A stretch of DNA of 32,000 nt from Nitrososphaera viennensis EN76 (GTDB lineage Archaea > Thermoproteota > Nitrososphaeria > Nitrososphaerales > Nitrososphaeraceae), in NCBI RefSeq assembly GCF_000698785.1, contig NZ_CP007536.1, forward strand, positions 1,920,001 to 1,952,000, read 5' to 3'. The notes beneath the pieces are model-generated. The model saw only the letters and a program-made list of their open reading frames with translations. It searched no databases and was not told the DNA's origin. The position numbers were made by a program, and so were the translations under genes. This document shows, one piece after another, positions 16,216-24,826 of the stretch (position 1 is the stretch's first letter; every line of letters begins with the position of its first letter).

Positions 16216-16554
16216 ATGATGCAACTGAAGGTAAGAGGCGCACTTTCACTTTTGACAATTCTCGCGGCAGTTGTGTTTGCAGGCGTTGCGTTTGCAAGCC
16301 CGGCTGTCTATGCGCAGGAAGCAGAGCCCGCTCCCGCCGCAAGTAGCAACGCGTTCAAGTTCCTCGCTGCGGGTATCGCATTCGGTCTGGCAGCGCTTGG
16401 CGCTGGCTTTGGTCTTGGCTTTGTGGGCGCAGCAGGTCTTGCGGCCATCAGCGAGAACCCAAAGATGCAGTCCAGCGTGTTCATTATCGTGGGTATGGTC
16501 GAGTCAATCGCCATCTACGGTATAGTCATGATGTTCATCATCCTCGGCCAGTAA
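16216..16554 (+). CDS. atpK: A-type ATP synthase proteolipid subunit K (c subunit)
   Basis: G/A-rich helical hairpin (GIAFGLAALGAGFGLGFVGAAGLAA) and the ion-binding Glu in MVESIAIYGIV. It also has an N-terminal extra hydrophobic segment. Confidence 0.9.
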   Translation: MMQLKVRGALSLLTILAAVVFAGVAFASPAVYAQEAEPAPAASSNAFKFLAAGIAFGLAALGAGFGLGFVGAAGLAAISENPKMQSSVFIIVGMVESIAIYGIVMMFIILGQ

Positions 16555-16584
16555 AAGAAGGAACGAACATCATCAACATCACAG

Positions 16585-16636
16585 CCGCCGACAGGCGGAC
16601 ACACACACGCTTTTCTTTTCTTCCTTTTTTCATTTT
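16585..16636 (+). terminator. GC hairpin (CCGCC-GACA-GGCGG) followed by a long T-rich tract; possible attenuating terminator between atpK and atpI
   Basis: Stem 16585-16589/16594-16598, then TTTTCTTTTCTTCCTTTTTTCATTTT at 16611-16636. Archaeal termination uses oligo-T runs. Confidence 0.4.
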
Positions 16637-16716
16637 CAAAAACAACAGCTTGTTTTCTATAAAACAACAGCGCTTGCATCTCAGGGAAAGGATTTTAAAG
16701 AGATCGTCTTTTCTTC

Positions 16717-18852
16717 ATGCTGAACTATATTATGGGGCTAGCCAAGCTGAAAAAGGCAACCGTGATCCTGCCGAGGATGGAAACGCAAGCTGCCGTCAGC
16801 AAACTGGCCGAGCTTGAATGGTTCCACCCCATACAGAGCTCTTCTGCTTCTGAACACATCAACCCGTACTATGACGACCTTCTCCTAAAGGCGCAAAAAC
16901 TCTACCAGGACATCGACGAGGTGATAAAGGCGCTAGGCATCCCCGCAGAGACGGGCGTCCTTGCGACGATGTTCAAGGGCGCGCCAAAGGGCAAGACCGA
17001 CTACCACATCGACAACATCCAGGGCTTTATCGCCGACCTCGAGGACAGGGCCGCAAGGGAACTGGAAGGCGCAAGGAAGGTAATCGGCGAGCGCAGCATG
17101 GCGCAAAAGTCGCTTGAAGAATACTCGAACCTGAAGGCGCTCACCGAGAACGCGGCGAGCCTGAGCATGGACCTGACGCGCCTTGGCACCCTGACAAAAT
17201 TCTACGCCGGCATTTACATTGTTGATTCGACCGACGAGGCCGAGATAAGAAAGAGCCTTGAAGACCTTGCGGTATACTCTACAAACCTGGGCGAGAAAAA
17301 GACCGCGCTCACCATAGTCGGCTCGGCCGAGGACGCAGAGAGGATAGCAAAGGTGATGCGCAGCTTTGGCATCAACCCGCTCCAGATACCGGCAAACATG
17401 CCCCAGAACCCGAACGTGGCGTTCTCGGAGGCCAGCGCAAAGGTCAAGGAGCTTGAAGCCCGGGTAGCGCAGCTGGACAAGGAAATAGTAAAACTGAAAG
17501 AGTCGATAGTCACAAAGGTGCTTTCGCTGCGCGAGGCCGCCGGCGTGGCAAAGGACGTGCTTGAAACAACGAGAAAGCCGGGCGGAACGAAAAACTTTGC
17601 GGTAATAGAGGGCTACATCCCGGCGGACATGGAAGGCAAGTTCAAGAAACTTGCCGGCGACGACTATGTCTCCGTGGTCGAGGACACGGGCGTGACCATC
17701 GACCTCCAGGATTCCGGCAAGCCCACGATGCCTACGCTTCTTTCTAACAAGGGATATTCCAAGAACTTTGAAGTGGTCACCGAGACGCAGGGCCTTCCGA
17801 GGTACGGCGAGACCGACCCGACCAAGATAATCTCCTTTGTCTGGCCGGTGTTTTACGGCCTGATGTTTGCGGACTTTGGGCACGGCATCCTGCTCTTTGG
17901 CCTCGGCATGCTGTTCAGGATACGCGGAAACGGCAGGCTAAAGATGTGGGGCACGCTAGTGGCCGCAAGCGGCCTTGCAGCAGCAATCGCCGGCCTTGGA
18001 ACGGGGGAGATGTTCGGGTTCCATTTCGACGAGCTTGCAGTGCTTGGAGACATTGCCCACGCGCTCCCGTTCGTGGGCCTGCTGTCCGTTGCAGAGCTGA
18101 CGTTTGAGCAGGTGGTAAAGATACTTGCCGTGTCCGTGGCCGTGGGAATAGGGCACCTGCTGATGGCGTTCATACTGCGCCTGCGGGCCGACTGGCGCCT
18201 AGGCAACAAGCTGATGGTATACACGCACGACATACCCGCCATAATCCAGTACCTCGCCGTGGTCTCGCTCATACTGACTGCCATCGGGGCGCAGTACGAC
18301 ATCATCGGCATGTTCCTGTCAAACAAGACGTACGGCCCAATCCCCTGGATAAGCGACGTCTTTCCCTGGGTGACGGTCGGCATGGTGGCAAGAGCCGCCC
18401 CGCCCGTGATATTTGCGTGCATCGCAATCACCATCATCGGCGGCATGAAGGAGGAAAAGCACCTGAAGGCAGAGGGCAAAGAGTCGCCGCACGGAGGCAT
18501 GGTCGGCATCATAGTCGAGACCGTGATGGTCAGGACGATAGAGATGCTCGCCAACACAATCTCGTACTCCCGGCTTGGCATCATGCTCCTCGTGCACTCG
18601 GCGCTCCTTGTCACCGTGAACAACTCGTTTGAGCACGGAGGCGGCCTTGCGATCCTGATCGGCGGCAACATCGGCATCATGATGATCGAGGGCCTGATCG
18701 TCTACATCCAGACCATCAGGTTGCACCTGTACGAGTGGTTCCCGAAATGGTACAAGTCTGACGGCGTCACCTTCAAGAAGCTCGTGCCAAACATGCTCTA
18801 CACCAACCTGGTGTGGAAAGAAGACGGCAGCAGCGGCAAGAAGAAGCAATAA
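16717..18852 (+). CDS. atpI: A-type ATP synthase subunit I (a subunit, stator/proton channel)
   Basis: Soluble N-terminal half followed by multiple TM helices. It has the conserved SYSRLGIMLL segment with the essential Arg. 711 aa. Confidence 0.9.
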   Translation: MLNYIMGLAKLKKATVILPRMETQAAVSKLAELEWFHPIQSSSASEHINPYYDDLLLKAQKLYQDIDEVIKALGIPAETGVLATMFKGAPKGKTDYHIDNIQGFIADLEDRAARELEGARKVIGERSMAQKSLEEYSNLKALTENAASLSMDLTRLGTLTKFYAGIYIVDSTDEAEIRKSLEDLAVYSTNLGEKKTALTIVGSAEDAERIAKVMRSFGINPLQIPANMPQNPNVAFSEASAKVKELEARVAQLDKEIVKLKESIVTKVLSLREAAGVAKDVLETTRKPGGTKNFAVIEGYIPADMEGKFKKLAGDDYVSVVEDTGVTIDLQDSGKPTMPTLLSNKGYSKNFEVVTETQGLPRYGETDPTKIISFVWPVFYGLMFADFGHGILLFGLGMLFRIRGNGRLKMWGTLVAASGLAAAIAGLGTGEMFGFHFDELAVLGDIAHALPFVGLLSVAELTFEQVVKILAVSVAVGIGHLLMAFILRLRADWRLGNKLMVYTHDIPAIIQYLAVVSLILTAIGAQYDIIGMFLSNKTYGPIPWISDVFPWVTVGMVARAAPPVIFACIAITIIGGMKEEKHLKAEGKESPHGGMVGIIVETVMVRTIEMLANTISYSRLGIMLLVHSALLVTVNNSFEHGGGLAILIGGNIGIMMIEGLIVYIQTIRLHLYEWFPKWYKSDGVTFKKLVPNMLYTNLVWKEDGSSGKKKQ

Positions 18853-18882
18853 ATACTGTCGCGCCTTTTTTCACACAGGCGC

Positions 18883-19146
18883 ATGTCAGAGCCTTCAATA
18901 AGATGCCAGAGCTGCGGCATGCCTCTTGGCGACGGGTTTTACGGCACAGACAGCGACGGTAGTGTAACAAAAGAATACTGCAAGTTCTGCTTCCAGGACG
19001 GCGCGTTTACGATGCCGGGCCTGACCGCCGAGGACATGATAAAAAGGTCGGTCGACTTTATGACAAAGAACCTCGGCATCCCTGCGCAAAAGGCCGAAGA
19101 GATGTCCCGCGCAGTCATACCGGGATTGAAAAGGTGGAAAAAGTGA
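18883..19146 (+). CDS. Small zinc-ribbon domain protein (Zn_ribbon_2-like)
   Basis: CQSCGMPL...YGTDSDGSVTKEYCKFCFQDGAFT matches the widespread 'putative zinc ribbon domain' family layout. Confidence 0.75.
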   Translation: MSEPSIRCQSCGMPLGDGFYGTDSDGSVTKEYCKFCFQDGAFTMPGLTAEDMIKRSVDFMTKNLGIPAQKAEEMSRAVIPGLKRWKK

Positions 19147-19152
19147 CTACTG

Positions 19153-20214
19153 CTATTGCACGGTAGTCTTGGCCATGCTGGCCATTATCTTGTCGACGGG
19201 TATCTTTTGCTCGACGCCGGCGGCAATTGCCGCAAGGTTGCGTATCTCCAGCATCATCAGCTTTAGCGTTGCAAGCATGTTGCCGAGCGTGAACACCGTC
19301 CTGTACGACGCCATTATCCTCCTGACCGAGGCGCGCTCAAAGCCCTCCTCGAGCTGCATTATAGCGTCAATGTCGTTTTCGGCGCTCTTGGGTATCAGGT
19401 CGCGGTACGCGGTGTTTGACAGCTCGCCTATTGCCTCCTGGATCTTTTCCACGTTTATCATCTTTTGGAGCGTGTCCCTGCTTATCTTTGTCGTCGTGGT
19501 AGCGATGAGGTCGCTTGTCTCCTGCGCCGACAGGCCCCAGTACTTGGCCCTCAGAACTGCAAGCACATTGTAGGCGTCGATGTCGACCGTGACAAGTTTC
19601 TGGACGTCCTGCAGCGGCGACTCGGAAAACATGGACTTGTCAAGCGACTTGTAGAAAGCGTGGTCAAGGTACGTGTCAAACGCTCTCACGTCGCCCTTTT
19701 CCTTGTACACTGCTGCCGCCTTTCTTGCGTCCTCGCCAAACTCGCTTCCCTGCAGGGACGCCACGGCCTCGTCAAAGTCCTTTGCGACAAGCGCCTTGAC
19801 CACGAGGTCGCGCCTTCCCACGAGCTCTTCGGCTCGCAGGTTGATTTTCGGCAGCAGTTCTTCGTACGTCCTGCCAAGCGCCTTGCCCTTCAGGATAATC
19901 TTCAGGTTCCACGTGATGTACTTGACGAAATAAGCGTTGAGCACTCCTGCGCCGCCTGAAAGCGTGACCATCTTGGCGTGCGTGTTTACAAGGTGCTCGC
20001 GCAGCGCGCCTTCCACCTTTTCCGCGGTGTACGGCTTGGTCAGTTTTGCAAGCGCGTCAAGGTAGATGGTGTTCTTCATCCTGGTTACGAGCTCTTCGAC
20101 GTCCCTCGACTCTGCAAGGGTCTGGAGCTCTGTCCTTGAAAGCATCTTGCCCCTCATGCTGTGGGCAAGAACGGTGCCAAAGATCTTGCTTGGAATGCTG
20201 ACCTTGTTAGCCAT
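19153..20214 (-). CDS. atpC: A-type ATP synthase subunit C (V-type d homolog)
   Basis: All-helical 353-aa protein with the repeated pattern typical of subunit C (HSMRGKMLSRTELQTLAESRDVEELVTRMKNTIY...). Confidence 0.85.
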   Translation of the reverse strand: MANKVSIPSKIFGTVLAHSMRGKMLSRTELQTLAESRDVEELVTRMKNTIYLDALAKLTKPYTAEKVEGALREHLVNTHAKMVTLSGGAGVLNAYFVKYITWNLKIILKGKALGRTYEELLPKINLRAEELVGRRDLVVKALVAKDFDEAVASLQGSEFGEDARKAAAVYKEKGDVRAFDTYLDHAFYKSLDKSMFSESPLQDVQKLVTVDIDAYNVLAVLRAKYWGLSAQETSDLIATTTTKISRDTLQKMINVEKIQEAIGELSNTAYRDLIPKSAENDIDAIMQLEEGFERASVRRIMASYRTVFTLGNMLATLKLMMLEIRNLAAIAAGVEQKIPVDKIMASMAKTTVQ

Positions 20215-20241
20215 GTGTACGCAGTCTCAATGCCCCTAGCG

Positions 20242-20253
20242 CTTTATAAAAAT
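20242..20253 (-). promoter_or_regulatory. TATA box (minus-strand reading ATTTTTATAAAG) about 30 nt upstream of the atpC ATG
   Basis: A near-consensus TTTATAAA is centred about 33 nt from ATG 20214, in the 41-nt spacer. Confidence 0.5.
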
Positions 20254-20255
20254 CA

Positions 20256-20528
20256 TTAGGTCGTAGGAGACAGCTGCACCTGTGCATCTTCCTGCTGTTG
20301 CTGCTTCTCCTTCTTTTTCGTTCGCTCGCCCGTCTTTTTGTTCATGCCGTCAACCGTGCCAAGCGCAAAGACGTACCTGATGCCTTCCGCCCGCATCTCC
20401 GGCGACAAGAGCGCGTTCATCTTTTCCACGTCTGCCTTGACATAATCTTCCGAATGCTTGTTGGTCCTTGCCACGACGTACTGGAACTCGTCGCCGCGGT
20501 ACCTGTGGATCTCGTATATCCTGCTCAA
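20256..20528 (-). CDS. Hypothetical 90-aa protein with a K/E/Q-rich tail, directly upstream of atpC
   Basis: The ORF has an alternating beta/alpha-like pattern (RIYEIHRY, FQYVVA, DYVKADVEKMNALL, IRYVFALGTV). No family recognised. Confidence 0.55.
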   Translation of the reverse strand: MSRIYEIHRYRGDEFQYVVARTNKHSEDYVKADVEKMNALLSPEMRAEGIRYVFALGTVDGMNKKTGERTKKKEKQQQQEDAQVQLSPTT

Positions 20529-20606
20529 TTTTGATTCTCCTTTTTACGAAAAAGAAATTTCGTCTGACAAGTAAACCGCGGGTGTCAAAAATTCTAGCGT
20601 TCCAGC

Positions 20607-20879
20607 TCAGTCAAACAGCTTGGACAGGCCTGCAGCTATCTTTCTGGAGAAAGCAAGCGTCGCAAAGTGGAGGCCAAAGCCGATGCCTGCCGCGATGCCA
20701 ATGTTTGTCCCAGCCTCGTACAGGCCGATAAACAAGCCAAGGGGCGGAAGCGAAAATATCAGCGCCATGCCGGTGCTCACCCACGCTGACTTTGCCAGGA
20801 GTTCTGGCGTCATGTTGTCCAGCCTCTGCGCGGCGAATTTCAGCGTCTGTTTTGAATGGCGGCGGCCCTGTTCCATCAA
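20607..20879 (-). CDS. Small 2-TM membrane protein (weak resemblance to AtpZ/ATPase-gene-1-type proteins)
   Basis: Basic N-terminus followed by two G/A-rich TM helices (MALIFSLPPLGLFIGLY, IGIAAGIGFGLHFATLAF). It lies next to ATPase genes. Confidence 0.55.
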   Translation of the reverse strand: MMEQGRRHSKQTLKFAAQRLDNMTPELLAKSAWVSTGMALIFSLPPLGLFIGLYEAGTNIGIAAGIGFGLHFATLAFSRKIAAGLSKLFD

Positions 20880-21185
20880 CAGTTAAAAAAATTGCACGAA
20901 ATATTAATATTCACATAATAAATCATACAGTGATATATTATCATAAAATAAAAAAATTATATCATGGTCAGCTTGAGGCATGCAAGCACTTGCGATTAAA
21001 GCCTCAAACTTTGTAATTTGCGAGATGTTTTGCTGCGGTACCTAGATCATGTTAATTAAAGAATTATCATTTTATTACATCTTCTTTGTAAAACATATCT
21101 GCACAAAAATCCCTAGCTGAAAAATAACATGGAAATCTTCCTTGAAAAATAAACTTAATTAGCGAGTTTGACGCACACAGAGCAG

Positions 21186-21659
21186 ATGGAGATTTCCGCG
21201 GTACTTTCCACTGAGGAAGAGAAGGCCAGGCTAGACGAGAAATACGAAAAGCTGATCGACCAGTTTGAGCAAGAGACAGCCCGGTACGACCAGCTCTCCC
21301 GGGTTTCTGCGGTTGCCACCTTTGGAGGCGTGCTTGCATCGATCCTGGGGCCCCTGTTATATTTCCAGTCCCTCGGCGTCAACCCGTACCACGCGTTTGC
21401 GACCGGGCCGGCGCTGTACGTCACGATAGGCGGGATAATCGCAAGCAAGCTCGTGCCCAAGCTGGCGATAATGTACGCCAGCCACAAAAAACACGAGGTA
21501 TCCAGGGTAAAGTACAAGCCGGTGACGGGCGTCTGCATGTGCGACCTCTACCAGTTCAGGACGCACCTGCGCAAGATGGACAAGGCCGAGAATGCCGGCG
21601 AGCGCATGAAGCACGCAAAGCTGGCGAGCTACTACAAGCACAAGATGGGCTGGGGTTAG
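21186..21659 (+). CDS. Membrane protein with an N-terminal coiled-coil segment and 2 TM helices, function unknown
   Basis: ATG 21186 is preferred over TTG 21168 because AT-rich TATA-like sequence (21146-21161) lies about 30 nt upstream. TM segments: VSAVATFGGVLASILGPLLYF and ALYVTIGGIIASKLV. Confidence 0.6.
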   Translation: MEISAVLSTEEEKARLDEKYEKLIDQFEQETARYDQLSRVSAVATFGGVLASILGPLLYFQSLGVNPYHAFATGPALYVTIGGIIASKLVPKLAIMYASHKKHEVSRVKYKPVTGVCMCDLYQFRTHLRKMDKAENAGERMKHAKLASYYKHKMGWG

Positions 21660-21707
21660 GCTAGCCGCAAGGCATTTTACCAGCCGCAGTCAAACAAAAT
21701 TCCGAAC

Positions 21708-22004
21708 GTGGCGCTGGAAAAAGTCTACTACATGCGCATTGTGCTTGGCATAATCGCCGGCACGATAGCAGGTTTTGTCATAGCCCCTGGCACGGACCAG
21801 GGCACTGCAGTCGGGATGGCTCTCGGTATCGCCGTCGCGTTTTTCGTGATCTCTATAGCCATCGGCAGGACGTTTGCAAGAGGCCAGCCAAAGGAAGTGC
21901 AGAAAAAGGCCGGCTACGACGGAATCGTGCCTTTCATCTTCATGAACATACTGGCTATGGTCATCGTCTACACTGCGCTGCACCAAGGCTCCATCCTAAA
22001 ATAA
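21708..22004 (+). CDS. Small 2-3 TM membrane protein, function unknown
   Basis: 98-aa ORF with a GTG start. TM segments: RIVLGIIAGTIAGFVIAP, GMALGIAVAFFVISIAIG, IVPFIFMNILAMVIVYTAL. Confidence 0.6.
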   Translation: MALEKVYYMRIVLGIIAGTIAGFVIAPGTDQGTAVGMALGIAVAFFVISIAIGRTFARGQPKEVQKKAGYDGIVPFIFMNILAMVIVYTALHQGSILK

Positions 22005-22033
22005 ATAGCGGGTTTTCGTAACGTCGCCCAATA

Positions 22034-22615
22034 TTGTTGTGGGACTATCGCACGCCCGGCATCCCTGACGAGCTTTTCGAGCGCACCGAAGAAGTGCCGA
22101 TAACAAAGGAGGACGTGCGTGCACTCGCAATAAGCAAGCTTCGGCTAAAGGAAGGGTATTCAGCCATTGACGTGGGATGCGGCAGCGGAAGCATAACAGT
22201 CGAGCTGTGCCTGCAGACAAAAGGACAGATCTATGCAATCGACTTTGACAACAACGCAGTCGAGCTGACGAAAAAGAACCTTGCCAAGTTTGGAACAGCT
22301 GCGCAGGTGATCCTTGGAAAAGCGCAGGACGTGCTGCCGACGCTGCCGCAGGTGGACGCCGTCGTTGTGGGGGGCACGTGGGGCGACGCAAGGCAGGTGA
22401 TACAGCTGGCCGTGGACAGGCTGAAAAAAGGAGGCAGGATTGTTATCGACACGATATTGATAGAGACGATGTACCAGGCGCTTGCCGCAGTCGGCGAGCT
22501 GGGGCTGAAAGACATTGACATCACGCAGGTGACGATTGCAAAGGCGCGCAAGGTTACGACGGGCACGATGATGCTTGCGCGAAACCCGGTGATGATGATC
22601 TCGGCTACAAAGTAA
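22034..22615 (+). CDS. cbiT: Cobalt-precorrin-6B C15-methyltransferase (decarboxylating), CbiT family
   Basis: [30 protein letters not shown] plus the SAM motif [13 protein letters not shown] is the CbiT signature. TTG start. Confidence 0.85.
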   Translation: MLWDYRTPGIPDELFERTEEVPITKEDVRALAISKLRLKEGYSAIDVGCGSGSITVELCLQTKGQIYAIDFDNNAVELTKKNLAKFGTAAQVILGKAQDVLPTLPQVDAVVVGGTWGDARQVIQLAVDRLKKGGRIVIDTILIETMYQALAAVGELGLKDIDITQVTIAKARKVTTGTMMLARNPVMMISATK

Positions 22616-23459
22616 GAAGCCTGGCTATCGCCTCGTCAAGGTAGCTCCTGTCTATCTCGAACCCGACAAACGAAATCCCGAGTTTTTTTGCGGCAAGCGC
22701 GGTCGAGCCGATGCCGGTAAAGGGGTCGGCGACAAGCCCGGCGCGGCCGTGTAGCATGATGCACATCTCGGGCAGCTTTACCGGAAAGGTCGCCGGGTGC
22801 GGCCTGTCCTTTCTGCTCTGTATCGTCTCGTACGGTATGAACCACGTGTTTCCCCGGTCGCGCCTGTCCTGTTTTGCTTTTTTCCACCTGCCGATGTTGC
22901 TCTTGTCCTGGTACGGGATCCCGACTGCGAGCTTGTCCAGCTTTGTCTCGCCGTTTTTCGTGAAATGGAAAATGTACTCGTAGCAGTCGTTGAGGAAGCG
23001 CTCGCTTGCGACGGGCTTGAAGTGGCCCACCGCAATGTCGCCGGCGATTCCCGGATAGTCGCCTGCGTCTGCCTTGCCTATCGCAATCGACTTGACCCAC
23101 GTTATGACGTTCTGCAGCACAAAGTGCCTGCGCATGACGGAGGCAACGTCCCACGCGATCCACTGGTCCTTTGGCCTGTTGCCGATGTTTAGAAAGAACG
23201 AGCCGTCGTCGGCAAGCGCCCTCTTGGCCGCAACGCCGACTTGTTCTATCCATTCAAGGTATTTCTCGCGGGGCATGCTGTCGCGGTACGAGTTGTAGCC
23301 GATCCCGATGTTGTACGGGGGCGACGTGACAACGACGTCTACCGACCCTTTCCTGACGTCGTCATTGAAACCTGCGATGCAGTCCTTTAGGTACAGGGTG
23401 GCAGAGCTATTGTTGCCGTAGCGAAGCACCCTGTACGGACCGCCGCTGTTATCATGCAT
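22605..23459 (-). CDS. Beta-class N4/N6 DNA methyltransferase (SPPY motif, predicted N4-cytosine); orphan
   Basis: Motif [13 protein letters not shown] lies N-terminal and motif [14 protein letters not shown] lies C-terminal, which is the beta-class order. The start is set at ATG 23459, with TTAAAT about 30 nt upstream. The longer ORF extending to 23777 would run right up to the czcD stop codon. Confidence 0.9.
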   Translation of the reverse strand: MHDNSGGPYRVLRYGNNSSATLYLKDCIAGFNDDVRKGSVDVVVTSPPYNIGIGYNSYRDSMPREKYLEWIEQVGVAAKRALADDGSFFLNIGNRPKDQWIAWDVASVMRRHFVLQNVITWVKSIAIGKADAGDYPGIAGDIAVGHFKPVASERFLNDCYEYIFHFTKNGETKLDKLAVGIPYQDKSNIGRWKKAKQDRRDRGNTWFIPYETIQSRKDRPHPATFPVKLPEMCIMLHGRAGLVADPFTGIGSTALAAKKLGISFVGFEIDRSYLDEAIARLLTL

Positions 23460-23552
23460 ATATGATTTGCAAGATTCCCGCCAAGCATTTAAGCAATGCC
23501 AAAAGTCGGCAAAAGACGTAACCCTTAAGTAAAGCGTGAGGCTACAAGTCCC

Positions 23553-23741
23553 ATGCCAGAGCCCGCCTTTTTTGTCAACCCTGCGTTCATACAGTCGCTT
23601 TTTGACGCACAGCATGACTTGTTGAGCCAGATCCAGATGGACGACATGTCGCTCATCGCAGTCGGCCTCGTGATCGGGCTGATAATAATCGTGGTCGTGG
23701 TGCTGATGTCGATGGTCGGCGGGCTGCACGTGTTTGATTGA
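23553..23741 (+). CDS. Possible 62-aa single-pass membrane protein
   Basis: ATG start, strongly G+C-biased third positions, and a C-terminal TM helix ([24 protein letters not shown]). It lies in the gap between the methyltransferase and czcD, on the opposite strand. Confidence 0.4.
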   Translation: MPEPAFFVNPAFIQSLFDAQHDLLSQIQMDDMSLIAVGLVIGLIIIVVVVLMSMVGGLHVFD

Positions 23742-23773
23742 TTGAAAGTCTGGGAATTCAAAAAATAAAAAAA

Positions 23774-24751
23774 TCAAGGCGCGCCTGATTCAGAGTGATA
23801 ACTTTCTATCTGGATTGTGGCGTGGGTGATCCTGAAACGATTTTCAAGGAGCGAGTTTATCTCCTGCAATATTGCATTTGACCTGCCTGTGTCTATCACG
23901 ACGACGTGCGCGGACAGGGCGTTGATGCCCGATGTTATGGTCCATATGTGCATGTCAAATATCCCGGTCACTCCCCTTACCTGGAGTATCGCGTTTTTCA
24001 CTTCTTCGTATGATATGTTGCTTGGGACCCCTTCCATCAGGATGTGGACCGACTTTTTGAGCAGGGACCACGTCCTTGGAAGGATGAACACCGCCAGGCC
24101 GATGCTGACTATCGGGTCTGCTAGGTAGAGCCCTGTTGCCATTATTATCGCGCCGGCGGCAATCACGCCAATCGATCCAAGCATGTCGGAAAGAAGCTCC
24201 AGGCGCGCACCTTCTATGTTCAGGTTTTTCTCCTCTTCTTTGTCGTCATGGCCGTGCTCGTCTGGGTGAGAGCTACTATCATGGTGATGATGGCGATGGT
24301 AGTTGTGCCCTCCTCCTTTTTCGCCTCCCAGCAGCCGCATCCCTGTCAGGTTGACTCCAAGGCCAATCGCGGCCACTATGGTCATGGACAGGCTCTGGAC
24401 TTCGGGAGGCGCAAAAATGCGCGTGTAGGCTTCGTACAGGATGTATATCGACAGCAGTATCAGGGCTACGCCGTTTGCCAGCGATGCAAGTATCTCCATC
24501 CTGTAAAAGCCGTACGTCCTCTGCGGGGTGGCCGGCCTGCGGGCGTAGCTGATGGCAAAGAGCGCCAGGGTCAGGCCGCCGACATCGGTAAGCATGTGGC
24601 CAGCGTCTGCAAGCAGCGCCAGGCTGTTGGTGAGAAGGCCGCCGGCCACTTCGGCAACGAGATAGCTAGAAGTCAGCACAAGCACTATCTTGAGCTTTTT
24701 CATCCGCTCCAGTGCCAGATTGTTTCTCCTCCTTTCTTCTTCTGTTGTCAT
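23774..24751 (-). CDS. czcD: Cation diffusion facilitator family divalent-metal exporter (CzcD/ZitB-like) with a His-rich loop
   Basis: Six-TM CDF core ([11 protein letters not shown]; a second HD/DH site), His-rich loop [25 protein letters not shown], and a C-terminal cytoplasmic domain (VHDMHIWTI-type: [12 protein letters not shown]). Confidence 0.9.
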   Translation of the reverse strand: MTTEEERRRNNLALERMKKLKIVLVLTSSYLVAEVAGGLLTNSLALLADAGHMLTDVGGLTLALFAISYARRPATPQRTYGFYRMEILASLANGVALILLSIYILYEAYTRIFAPPEVQSLSMTIVAAIGLGVNLTGMRLLGGEKGGGHNYHRHHHHDSSSHPDEHGHDDKEEEKNLNIEGARLELLSDMLGSIGVIAAGAIIMATGLYLADPIVSIGLAVFILPRTWSLLKKSVHILMEGVPSNISYEEVKNAILQVRGVTGIFDMHIWTITSGINALSAHVVVIDTGRSNAILQEINSLLENRFRITHATIQIESYHSESGAP

Positions 24752-24793
24752 CGCATGGTTTCACTGTTTTGCCAATGTGCTAGGCTGGATCAG

Positions 24794-24815
24794 AGAATAG
24801 AGTATACACTATTCT
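24794..24815. promoter_or_regulatory. Near-perfect 22-bp palindrome AGAATAGaGTATACaCTATTCT upstream of czcD
   Basis: It equals its own reverse complement except for two symmetric A/A positions. It lies 43-64 nt upstream of the czcD ATG (24751) and 12 nt downstream of the stop of the preceding gene. Confidence 0.5.
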
Positions 24816-24826
24816 GCTACTTTATG

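Noticed and set aside
16933-18849. Minus-strand ORFs of 316, 275 and 176 aa inside atpI
   Set aside because: They are antisense to a well-supported atpI and have no recognisable motifs.
20973-21007. Nested hairpin (TTGAGGC...GCCTCAA around GCAAG-CA-CTTGC) in the AT-rich divergent spacer 20880-21185
   Set aside because: The stems are short (7 and 5 bp) and lie in a region that is needed anyway for two divergent promoters. That is not enough to call an RNA or operator.
23460-23777. N-terminal 106-codon extension of the methyltransferase ORF (includes the His-rich stretch)
   Set aside because: It would run right up to the czcD stop codon and has mixed third-position composition. The methyltransferase aligns naturally from ATG 23459, which has a TTAAAT box about 30 nt upstream. 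It is kept only as an alternative reading in a finding.
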